Shown: positions 12,701-24,700 of the stretch, piece by piece
Position numbering within the stretch: the first letter of the stretch is position 1
How the letters are laid out: every line of letters begins with the position of its first letter
Assembly (NCBI GenBank): GCA_964035545.1
Contig: OZ037767.1
Span: 27,668,628-27,732,627, forward strand
DNA length: 64,000 nucleotides
Origin: Bugula neritina
Taxonomy: Eukaryota; Animalia; Bryozoa
Direction of reading: 5' to 3'
Position numbers and translations under genes: made by a program
Notes under the pieces: generated by a model
What the model was told of the DNA's origin: nothing
What the model saw: only the letters and a program-made list of their open reading frames with translations
The model's database searches: none

Positions 12701-15700
12701 TAATATATAGTATGCTACTACTTTTTACTGTTCACTCTAATTTCATTGCAGATTTATATATAATTATATACACATCTGTCAAAACTTGATGAAAACCCAA
12801 GTTTTCTTCACTAACACAATTATCAAACTCTTATGATACAGAGCTGTAAGTAATAGCAATGCAACCAGTTCATTGCAATATTTGAAATCTTAGTAGAGCT
12901 ATGATTTGTATAAACTGTACACTCTTACCATGCATATACTTAACGAGGTACGGGTAACCCCATTGCCGGCAAATTCTCAGACTATCCAGGAAGTGACTGG
13001 TGCCTGTAGCCTTAGCTCTACTAGTTTTATCTCTTTTGTAGCAACCAAGGGAGTAGTTCACAGCTATAAATGAATTTGCAGGTAAAATCATTGAGGATAA
13101 CAACATTCTACATGTTTGTTTGTTTGTTTGTTTGTTAATGTGTTAATGTATCTAGGGTTTTAAATTGATGAATTTTTTTTTCTAAAATCAACTGTCACCC
13201 AGAAGAGATGAAATACCTTTCTGCATGTCTGAGTAATTCTCAGCCTCATCTAAGCTATTCATCGATTCACCGAGCAGTTCAATCCTCATTATCGGTTTAC
13301 TTGTATACGTGTTTACTCTTAGTTTCAGCTTGGTTGCTATGACAGCAGTACTGAATGCAATCACAGCCAAATCTTCCTCATCTTCAATATTAACTTTTAC
13401 CTGCGTTATGAGCTCACAGTTACAATAATTTCTATATTCAACAGTCTATTTAGTTTTATCAAGTATGAGAACTGCTGCTGAGGTTAGGTTACAAAGCTGA
13501 TCACATAAATGCAAAAAGTTGCATTCATATATAATATATAAGAATAATGGTTTGAAAATGTTTGCCACACTTCAATGTATACTGAACCCATATACCGTAG
13601 ATTAATGGGAGTTATGCTAACATGGCTGCTTTGCTTATAATGATTAGTATTAAAAGCTGTTTCACCAAATCACAAAAATCTCAACAAGCTGCTAAGAAAC
13701 TATACACAGCACTGGAAGTTTACTCAAAGCAAAATTATATAAACATGCAGTTATAATCCATAGACATACATTGTAGTCCAAATCATGCCATTCATTGGCC
13801 ACTGTACAGTAAGAGATGTTGACGTCCTTGACATAGCCCCTGGGAAAGTTGAAGGAGTTTGTCAAAGCCACATCATAGTCTCCTCTACCTAAACAGATAT
13901 TATAATATTATTCCTGTGTATGCTATGGCAATAATCAGCATAGAACAAAACTTTAAATGCAATATACAGAAGAACCTTAACATTATCCGTAACTAAGGTT
14001 TTACTCAACAATATGTTATAAATATTTGCTACTGACTCTTGCTTTGCTGTTTCCTGCCATATTTAAATGTCTGTTGCATGACTCACCTAATATCTTTATA
14101 CCTCTGAGTAGGTACACATGAGGTAGGGAGATGACAACTTCTTTTGTTCCAGGTGGAAACTGGTATCCAACACCTTGGAAACTGAGTGTGTTGTTGGAGA
14201 ATAAGTTCTGTCTGTATTGAGTTGTCCAAGGAGTAGGGGGTCCTCCACTGCCTTCGTATTTCCAGTCAGTGATTGGTTTGTATCCAAAGCCATAATTGGG
14301 AACTAAAACCAAATGAAATAATATCTTATTTGAAAGAATAAAATAAAACATGACATGCAATTGGAAAAAGAATGTGGGAATTTATATAAAAAGCAAAAAT
14401 AGTAGGTTTTGCATTTTCTTCAATTTATTAAGTATTTTATTAGCAGCATGGAACACAAATGTTGTTGATTTAGTATATGAAAACTGCTAAAAGTTGAACA
14501 TATAAATTAAATGAGTTTGCAATAATACAATGCACATGAACTACACACATACATTACTTCCTGTATGAGGTCATTCTTTATGATATACATACCATTGTTA
14601 CAGTAGACTTTGATAGACTGAGCTTCATTCACAGGTGACTTAATGCGGTAAGGGCCGTAATAATATGCTCCATTTCGCCATAAATCAACACAAGAACTGG
14701 CCAGCATGTGATACGAGCCTTAAAAATGTTGAAATATAAGCTTGAAAATTTTGTAGAATAGGGTTGAAAAATTTGATCTTTTTTTCTCACATGTTATTAT
14801 TGTTTAAAATCTTCAAGAGTAGAGGTAAGAAAATAAAGCTTAGACTGCTCATGGGTTTGAACTGCACTTGCCTAAAGTAAGAGAAATATATGATTTTAAA
14901 ACAAAGCTCTAACTGTTCACAAAATAATTGCTTTTCACTTGAAAAAATATGCAAATTCTAGCACATTCTTTATTTGTATTGCTGCATAAATATATTAAGA
15001 GGTGATAATTACTGAGGTTGAATGTCCTCACAAGATGTGATACAGAAGGACATTGGTGAATGCTTAATGGATCAGGGCAAGGGGAAAAGCATAGCTTGGC
15101 ATTTTCACTGATTGTAGGAGTTTCAACTAAAACAGATACTTCAAGTAAACGAATTTATTTTGAAAATGTACAATGGACAATCTTTGTGAATAGCAATTTA
15201 CTCTTGCGCTGTGTATATGGTAATACATTTGTTGTATAATATAGTAATACAATTATTGTATATTATCATACAACCTGTATATAACCATCCTACCATTAGA
15301 GGAGCAGTAACACTTGGAGTTGCTTATGAACGCCAGCTCTGCCTCAGCACCTCTACAAAGCTCTACACAACCAAATATGTTTAGAAATCTGGAATCCTCT
15401 TTTATAAGTAGAAAATCTGAGTTATAAAGTCGAAGCTGGAATTCCACATCGCTGATAGCTCTACAGCCTGTATAACCTGATAGTATATAAGAATAAAATA
15501 TGTTTTTTTATTCTTATATTATGCTTATATGTTTTTCAATATACGTGCAGAACATTAATCAAATGAGTTCTTCATATTACAAGAATACACTGAAAACCTT
15601 CACTTTATTTTAGCGGGATACATCAAGTATATTTTATTTAGTATATACAGCATGTGTAGAATGTTTGTACTGAACAGAACAACATAAAAATGTTCACAGA

Positions 15701-18700
15701 ATGCTAAATCTACGGTATATGCCAATATGAATTATGAAACTATGCACTGTAAATGCACATCACTAGTGTTAAAAAGGTGCATTATAGATCATTTGTGCGT
15801 ACGTAGAATATCTGAGCAAAGATTAACACATATGAATACAACATAAATTAAAGCAAGCACCTGTACTCAGTGTCAATGCTGAAATACCTGGAGTGTCTGC
15901 GCAAGTCACAATAGCCTCCTCTTCAAACTTCTGCGTTTGATATAAAGTTGGCTCAGATATTGAAAACACCTCCAACCGGTCTATTTGTGCGTTAAAGTCG
16001 GCGCTGTTTGGTAACATCTGTTTGATGCCGAAAGGTTTTTGAAGTAAGTCATTTTGTGGCCAGAAGTTGGCTAAGCTTCCATGAGTTGTCCTCCCACTAA
16101 GGGAGTGAGTATGGGAACGAGTTACATAATCAAGTTTTGGAAAGAAAATACTATTTTATATATAAAACCTTTTTGTAGCATAAATTTGTACTTTTCTGCT
16201 CTAGTGCTTACTGTTAGCTGTCAGTCCTTTTTGAGGAAAAATAAAAACAGTTTAACCTGGTTAAAAATATATTATATTGACTCGTTAGCATAATAATATT
16301 ATTGTTGTTATGAAGCAGCAGTCATTCCTTAAGCTATATAATATTCAGGTGCATGCAACCTATTGTAGTGATTCAACAATGAAATTAATCGGGAATAATA
16401 TGTACCAGTTTTACAGTGTATATATACAAGTTCTACAGTGTATATGTACAAGTTCTACAGTATAATATATACAAGTTCTACAGTGTATATGTACAGTGCT
16501 TACTGGCTAGACATCTTGTGAGTGGAAGCGCCGCCCACAACAAACTTAGCTTTTGGTTTCCTTAGAAACGGCACTCTTGGAAGAACAGCGGCCACAAATG
16601 TCAACATTATCAGATCTGATTCTTTGCTGAGGTACACAAGTAAAAGAATTTTAGCATCTTGAACAATAAAATTTTTAACTTTAAAAAGGAAGTACCATAA
16701 ATGTATATTGACTTACGTGTGTTGATAACTCTCTATAGTCTTCTTGTAAAAGTGTGCGACGCTAGTGTTAAATCGTGGCTGAAAAATGCAATCAAATTTA
16801 ATGGCTAAACATTTCAATAATTACTAAAACTTTGTATGTAGCCCAAGTAAAATAAAATAGATACCAAACAAAAATGACTAAATTCAGTGCCCTGAAAAAC
16901 AAATAGGCTATATCGTGCAATGTTTATACATCTTTATTCGTAGCGTTGAGACTTGCCAAAAACCTCTATGCCCTATAGTTTAATGGATAGCTCGCTGGCT
17001 TGCAAGTTTAAGGATTGTAATTTGATTTTTGGTGGGGCAGTTATTTTGCATGCTCCAACTAGTTGTAAATGAATGTGGGTAATAAATGCTGAGCAAGGAG
17101 TAATTTTCAATAAATATTTTTATAAAATAAGCCTACCTTGCTAAACATGTACAGGTCTGATAAAGCCTGTTGCCCGCAGATGTTAAACTGAGCGTGATAC
17201 AGAGTGGGCACTGACTTCTCATCAGACACATAAACACACACAGATCTCAAAGGAAAGAAGTTGGGATCTGAGCAGTACAGGTCATTAGATATGGGAATAC
17301 TTGGCTCTAAAATATACAGCATCAGTGTCAAGATTTACTATACAAATTTATATACCGTCTGAAAAATTACTTTGTGCTAGATGTATTATTGTAGAAGTTA
17401 GTGTGTGAAGAGTTTTATTGTACGATAAAGTTTACTTAAAAAATATTGAAGTTAGACAAAAAGTTATGAAAAAAAGATGTACTTAGATTAATCCCAAGTA
17501 GTATTCAACTTCAGGCAACACTACATTTTAGTTAATTCGGTGTCCAGTATTGTCTGGCAACACTTCATTACAGAATATCCTAATTAAAATAGAAGTTTAT
17601 ATAAAAGCTAATATCTTTATTTAGAGGCAACAACAAAGTAGTTTCTATAGACTTAGTATTAATAAATTATTTTTCAAATGTATTGGTTTGAGATGCAGGT
17701 TGAAATTCTTGCCTTTTGGGCCTGTAGCTCACTCGAGTATAGCTGTTGGCTTAAACAGTTAACAACCTTTTCGTAATTATACTTATGATGATAAATATCA
17801 ACACAGACTCTCATCTGGCCCAACTTACCCATCTGCACACTACAGTATTCTCCACCAACAGACATTGCCCTAACAATTCCATTAGAATATAAACTATTGC
17901 AAGTCATGACTTCACGGGAAGCTTCAGGACTTTTCTGCAATGCAAAAGACGGTAAAATATAATAAATCAAAAAATTCAATCTAAATGTAATTATAAGTTT
18001 GTTAAGTTTTTATAATAGATGATTGTAGGATAGAAATGTGATGCTAATATAAATGAGAGCATACATCATAGAAAGACAGAGCTTTGTGTAGGCCGGTATT
18101 ATTAGGACCTCCGCAGCTTAGCCAAGGTTCTACTTTGCAAGGCATTGTACATGGTTGAAAGTCCTGGAATACTGGCATAGTAGCGTTGGAGCACGAGCAA
18201 TCCGTCCCATACACCACCGAATAGCCTGCGTACCCTTCGCTTAGACAGACAGCTGCGCACAAACCTGAGGTCATTCTTGAGTCAATCAATGTCAAGGTCA
18301 CATCATTTGTATCAGTGGTTGCACATCTCCACTCTACAAGTTTTTGACTGCATTTTTAAAAAAAAATGTTTTTAGTCAAATAAACAGTTGTTCAAAACTT
18401 GTTTTGTTACAGTGAAAAGAAAACCATTATTATAGTAAAACAAATGAAGCATTATAAGGTACTGCAGAGTTTGCTAGGAACAAAGTGAAAATAAATCAGT
18501 TAAATTTGTTTATGATTTCCAAGTTTACGTGACAGACATAAATCTGACACCCAATTGTATGATCTCTATATCTCTATAAGGACCAACACACTTACTGAGG
18601 TTTGCTTTGCATATGTACATTTCTTTAATTCTCAGACTATCTTTGACGCTGTGGGCAAAATAAGCATGGAATGAGCCTTCATCTACAATAAGCGTTTTGT

Positions 18701-20771
18701 TTGATGAAAATCATGGCCATGTTTTCTCATTCGGTAAATAGGTTGGCATAGCAATTAGAGTTGTCCTTTACGCAGCTTTGAGTTGGAGGTGAAGGGCTAC
18801 ATTAGTTTGGAGTTCTCAAGTTTTGAGTTAGCGGACCTTACTCCAAACTTGAGAACCTCAAACTAATATAGTCTTTCACCTCTAACTCAGGGCTGCTTAT
18901 ATAAAACAATTCTGGCAGATAGCAGTAGAGTAGAGCAATTTGACAGCAATATTGTATACTAAAAGTTTCTCAAGTGCTTTCTTTTAGTTTACATCATTAT
19001 AAAACTAGTGTAGAATATATTTGATGTAACTCTTTACTTACGAACTCTGATTTGGAAAGCCGACGGTGTTGGTTTAATAAATCTTCGTTGTGCAACCTGA
19101 GAGATGCTCCAGTTAACTCCAGTTGCCAGTGTGATGTTGAGCAAAGTGCCATCTACCCACGTGAAGCCTTCCACCCCGTAGGTTTCACTGTTGCCACGGT
19201 GACTCTCCACTCTGCGCATCCCAAAGTGAAACCAGTCACTCGATTGGTCCGCATCTGCAAGGAAAACTTTTGTTGATCAGAGAATGTGTGAAAAAGGTGA
19301 GCCGCTTAAATGTTTATAATTATTGAGCCAAAATAGACCAAGAGTAATTAATTAATTAATTAGGTATCAGCTGGGCTAAAAGTTTGGACATTAACTAAAA
19401 TGTATTTGCAGTTACCAGGTCTGCACTCTACACTATAACAACTATAAAGCATCTCAACATAATTGTATAGTACTACATAAAAATAGCCACATTTAATATT
19501 ATTGAATGGCTTAGAATTAACCACATGCATATATTATTATGTTTATGATAATGAAATTATATTACCCAAAAAGAACATGTAGCAACAGTCATATTGATAT
19601 GTTCTTCTCATGCAATATTATTTTAAACAGTTGATATTAGTATACTTAAAATCACATTTTGTGTTGATGAGAACCAGTACAAACTTTCAATAGTTTACTT
19701 GAAAGAATTGTGATATATTATATAGTACTGTGGTGTATTATATAGTGTTGTAATATATACTATATAGTATTGTGATATAATATACTACATAATATCATGA
19801 TATATTATATAATATTGTGATATATACTATGTAGTATTGTGATATACTATATAATATTGTGATAATATCCCAATATTATATAGTATATCACAATACTACA
19901 TAGTATATATCATATATTATATATAATATATATTATATTATAATATAGTATTATAGTAGTACCGTCAGAGAGTCTACGCCTATCTTTAATGAACTTCCTA
20001 AGATAGTTGGACTCGGTGATAGACTCTATGGTAAGGAGGTGAGTTCCCATTGACAAACAGTGACTATTTGCTTCATCCCACGTCTTTTTCTCTGTGAATA
20101 TTTTGTAGCAGTTCCCTTGAGGGATGTAAGAGTACCAGGATCCATCAGGGCAGAGAGCTACAGTCAGCCTATTGCTGTCAAATACTGCCAATAACCTGCA
20201 ACAATGCAGGCGGGAGTAGAAAAGGAAAAGTTACAAGGATACAAAGAGCTTGTTTCAAACCTTGCAGTGCACACCATCCTTCTTGTTCAATAATGAAATG
20301 ACTTTAATCATGTGTTTATAGTATAACTACAAATAGGAATTTCAAAATTGTTCTTGCATTGCATGGGCGTTACACAAGATAGTTCAAGCAATAGGGTCTT
20401 GATAAAAATATCACTGATGTTTAGTAGAAGTTTTCAAATTTTACAATTTTCTTCATCTTCGATTGTATTATTATACAAGAAATTTTGCTTCTCTGTTTTG
20501 AAGAGAAAAATGTCAACAATACAAAAGTTAAAATGTCCCACTGCTTTTATAAAATAGTGATGCTTAAATCTTAATAAAACAAAAACTGAATAATTGATTT
20601 TCGTTTCAACTAAAATAGGGTAAATAAGGCAAAACAAAAATTGAAATATTTCAGTTTCAACATAAACAACAGAAAAATTTAGCAGCTAACTTATTGAATC
20701 TGAAACACACTCCACAATATTAGTACTTTAAACTCTACTTACAAAAGAACAAAGATGTGGATTGAGGACAT
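6721..20771 (-). CDS. Large multidomain type-I membrane receptor (long paralog, >25 exons): signal peptide, C-type lectin, WSC, further lectin/WSC-like, fibrinogen-N-like and discoidin-like modules, 3 CCP/sushi-like domains, TM, ~490-aa S/T/E/K-rich cytoplasmic tail
   Basis: ATG exon 20771-20743 plus exon 20195-19963 gives MSSIHIFVLLLLAVFDSNRLTVA-LCPDGSW..CYKIFTEKKTWDEANSHCLSMGTHLLTIES (CTLD). Other modules: WSC MTSGLCAAVCLSEGY..CSC (~18330-18066), SCVDLWRNG..YRIK..VYCN (~14700), sushi exons ~11600 and ~10980, TM YIPMIASIGVVAMM/MIGAYAAFTW (~9168-9056, ~8790-8707), tail exons 8526-8383 and 7964-6721. Internal exon limits and the middle-domain names are approximate. Confidence 0.75.
7981..8194 (-). 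mobile_element. tRNA-derived SINE, family A, copy 1, with 15-bp TSD
   Basis: The minus-strand head has A box TGGTCTAGGGG and B box GGTTTGAACCC. It aligns by eye over its length with 28371-28574. TSD tctaaaaacaaaaaa lies at 7964-7978 and 8195-8209. Confidence 0.85.
16411..16497. repeat. 22-bp minisatellite (~4 units) next to a minus-strand splice donor
   Basis: tacagtgtatat(a/g)tacaagttc repeated. Confidence 0.85.
18757..18914. mobile_element. Fold-back MITE-like element, copy 1 (intronic)
   Basis: Long imperfect palindrome gcagctttgagttggaggtgaag...gttctcaagtttt / aaacttgagaac...tttcacctctaactcagggctgc. It shares termini and core with 23400-23527. Confidence 0.75.
19710..19960. repeat. AT-rich degenerate minisatellite containing a perfect ~42-bp inverted repeat
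   Basis: 19818-19859 is the reverse complement of 19871-19912, with an 11-nt loop. Confidence 0.88.
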
Positions 20772-21753
20772 TACACATAGCTCTCTGGCAGGTCTAGTGC
20801 ATCTTGCTACTTTAGAGTTTATGAAAATCTAATTTTACTAGGCTAAAACCACATTGTTGGCTTTGACAACATTTTAATGGCAGAAAGCTACAAATTGTTG
20901 CAACATTTGCATTATTAGCAGTATATATTTTATAGCGTCATGTTTAAATATAAATATACCTATAGAGGTTTATCTACATTTATTAGCATCCATCACTGAG
21001 TAGTGTTGTATGTTGCATTGTACATATGGATGTGTTGTATTTTATACTAAATGTATTTGTTATTGTTTGATCACAACCAATTAAAATTTGCGACAGCTTA
21101 AAATTATCTGCATTAAAAGAAGATCTAAAATTAAGTTGGTGGAGCAAAATAAGAATTTTATTTCACAACATTTTCACACGTTTCTCAGAAGCATGTGATT
21201 TGAGGGTAACTTTACGTTTGTGCTGCAAATAAAATTTTTTTTTAGGAATGAATTATACATTATATCAAGTTTGCTTTTCTCTTTTCCTTAGCCTGATAAC
21301 ACAATAGATCAAAGTTAATTGTACACAGTAAAGAACTGCTAAGAATTTAGGCCATTCACAGCTGGTTAAGAATGCGCATCATAGTAGTTCGTAGTGCATT
21401 GTGGTTATATAACAATAACAATATACATGCGCTGTACTACTGTAATACTAAGCTATTGAACAAAATACGAATAATTAAACATTTAATATAAATTGTCCAA
21501 GTGTTTTTATTTTTTATTAAGAATGTTTTCAAATGTTTTGAGTTTCATCTAAAATGATTTATACAGAAGCTTACTTAAAACACAGCAATTAATTCGAAAA
21601 TACAATAGCAAATTAGAATACTGAAATCTGTGCAAAAGCACAAGTCCACTGCTTTCAGGCAGCAGTTCACTCTATCCTTGCGTAACACAAGGAGAAAATA
21701 TGTTGTCTCACTAACTCAGCAATGAGATGTTCTACACGAAATGAAGCAAGCAT

Positions 21754-24700
21754 TTATTCAGCTGGAGATTCTTCTGGTGGCTTGGCAGCATCATCACTAA
21801 CTTCAGACTCCGGCAAGTTAGCGGCAGCATTTACTGTGGCATCATCTGAAACTTGAGGAGTTGTGGTCTCAACTTCAAGATGAACTTCGGCCTCATCGAC
21901 AGCAGATTTGGCAGCAGTGGGACTAGCTTCATCTTCTGAAACTTTTGCAGCATCAAGGCTTTTGCTCTCTTCTGCTGACTTAGCAGCGGCAATCTCTTCG
22001 GCTTCTGGTTCCGCAGGAACAGCGGTTGAAGGCACACTGGCCGGTGTAGGTGGCACAGGGACATCAGAGCCACCAACCGATGGCTCTGGCAAGACAGGAG
22101 CCTTAGTCACAACAACTGACTCTGTGGCGTAGAACACCTCTTCATTGACTGCTCCAGCCGCTGGTGAACTCCCGCTAGGGCGAAGGTCATCTTTACTCTC
22201 TGCATCCTCAAACATATCCGTAGAAACCTCATCCTCTTTCTTGTCAACCGACTCCGTCACAATAGTACTTTCTAAAGACTTTTGCTTCTCTTCTGTATTC
22301 AATGCCTCATTTATTTCAACCTTTTTATCTGTTCATAAACACAATATGTCTAAGTTTATAAAAACAGGTTCTATGTACAGCAAAGGTTTAATAGCAATCT
22401 TACAGATATAATAATAATACAAAGCAACCCAAATTTAGAAGTTCTCGAAAAACTAAATTTATTCTGTGAAGTCTCAACATATAAAATTACCTTTGGTAAC
22501 ATTTCCGCCTTCAGCAACGATAGATTTCACCCCCTTTTCAGCAATGGCAGGTTTCACTCCCTTTTCAGCAATGGCAGGTTTCACTCCCTTTTCAGCTGCA
22601 ACAGCTTTCACTCCCTTTTCAGCTACAACAGCTTTTACCTCCTTTTCAGCTGCACCAGTTTTTACTGCCTTTTTAGCCAAAGCTTTTTTAACCGACTCTT
22701 CACTGTCTTCTGTTACAGTTGTTCCCTCTTCAATCAAAGTAACAATGACTCACACTGCATCATACTTCTGATCACAAGCAGAGCAGCCAAGTAGTTTAGA
22801 GTATACATTTCTTATGTGCAAGAAATATCAAGAACTCTCAAAAAGAAAACAACCAAACAGCAAATTTGTATAAATATAAAGAAACTATATAGACTGATGC
22901 TTGAAGTAATGATTTGATGGAGAAAATAACATATGATTTTGAACCTTTATAGAAGCGTGAGGTGGTCCTTTTCTAAGTACACTACTAGTTCAACCCGTGC
23001 AAGAGTTTCAATACAATTATCAGAGGGGATTCTTACATATAATCATCATAGAAGTTACTATATTTTGTTTCTCTAAAATATTTACCTTCAGCTGAACTGA
23101 GCCTCTCGTGGGGATAAGTTTGGTGAAGCAACATGTAGAGGGCGATAACTCCAGCCGACTAAAATAAAAGTCATGTAGTTGTGATTAAATCCACTCAGAT
23201 TAACATAGGACAGTTTGCAAAATAATTCCATTCACACAATGACAGTCTTATAAGGTCTTAGATATTATTGGAAGTTGACATGGGTTTTGGAGAGATACTA
23301 GTACTGAATACTAATCTATTATCTAACTTGCAATTCAGTCTTGATGCAATCAAATGGATAGACCAGCCCCAACACACTATTGGTGATTTTAGCAAAGTTG
23401 AAATGTTCTACAAGCAGCTCTGAGTTGAGGGTAACTGAGTGCAGTAGTTTATGTTCTCAAGTTTGAGAACCTCAACAAACGACTGCACTCAGTTAACATC
23501 AACTCAGAGCTGCTTATAGAACATTTCTAGCAAGTGTGCATGTGTGTGCGTGTGTGTGTGCGTGTGTGTGTGTGTGAGTGTGTGTGTGTGTGTGGTGTGT
23601 GAGTGTGTGTGGTAAGTGTGTGTGGTGTGTGTGTGTGTGTGTGTGTGCGTGGTGTGTGTGTGTGTGCATGTGTGTGTGTGTGGGTGGTGTGTACGTGGTG
23701 TGTGAGTGTGTGTGTGTGGTGTGTGTGTGGTGTGTGTGCGTGTGTGTGTGTATAATTAAAATGGTGATTTGTATAAATAATATAGCCTAGCAACTACGTA
23801 ATCACTAAATGTTTGGATGTGTGACACGAAGCCTGCCCTGTGAAACTTTTCATGTGTACATACGTAGGTGAACACCACAACACAGACATTGACTAAGTTG
23901 AAGCATAATGATAGTCACACAACCAAAAATTTTACAGTTCCACAGGATGAGAACAATTCAATTTCATGATAAGAAATCAAACTGATGTCAAGGGAAAACA
24001 ACTACACTTGAAACCGGCTCATTATGATGAAGCGTGTAAAGCTTGTAAAACACAAACAAGTCATTAACGTTATTCACAACATGGAGACGTAGTGACAGCA
24101 GAAGTATTGCTGTACTGAACTGTATAAACAACACTTACTACAATTATTGAAGTGCATACGGCGACTATTAGAGGTAAAGCAAATGGAAATCTGGAATCGC
24201 CTCCATTGTTTATGTTGACTAAATTAGACACAGACGAGTCTAAAAATATTACATAAATGCATCATACTTCAAGTCTACTGATAAATTTGAAAAACGGCAG
24301 TGATTTCATGCTTTTAGAAACTAAAATTCAATCAATCTGAAAAAGTTGTAAGTTATATTGGAACTTTTTTCTGAAATAGAGATTAAATGCTTATATTATT
24401 ATGATAAAAGCTGGATATGAAGATACTTTGCTTACTACTCGTACATAAAACATTTAAATGAAAAATAGTCACGTGTAAGGAAACACCCACCACTTTTATC
24501 TACGCATGTTTCAAGAGGCAATATCCAGTTACCATATGAACAGTAAGCTAGTAAACCTTGATTGCCTCTGTAATTAAACACTTTGCCATCAGGACACCTT
24601 TAGTTCAAATATAATAAAATTATGTCAGTTAAAAGCAGGTTTAAGACTGACACATGAAACAAATTACATATCATTATGAAACTAGTGCACGAAACCCATT

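Noticed and set aside
21754-22737. Separate acidic low-complexity gene
   Set aside because: It splices in phase to the TM exons of the short receptor and is its cytoplasmic tail.
23527-23793. His/Thr-rich and Cys/Val-rich ORFs
   Set aside because: They are translations of the (GT)n microsatellite.
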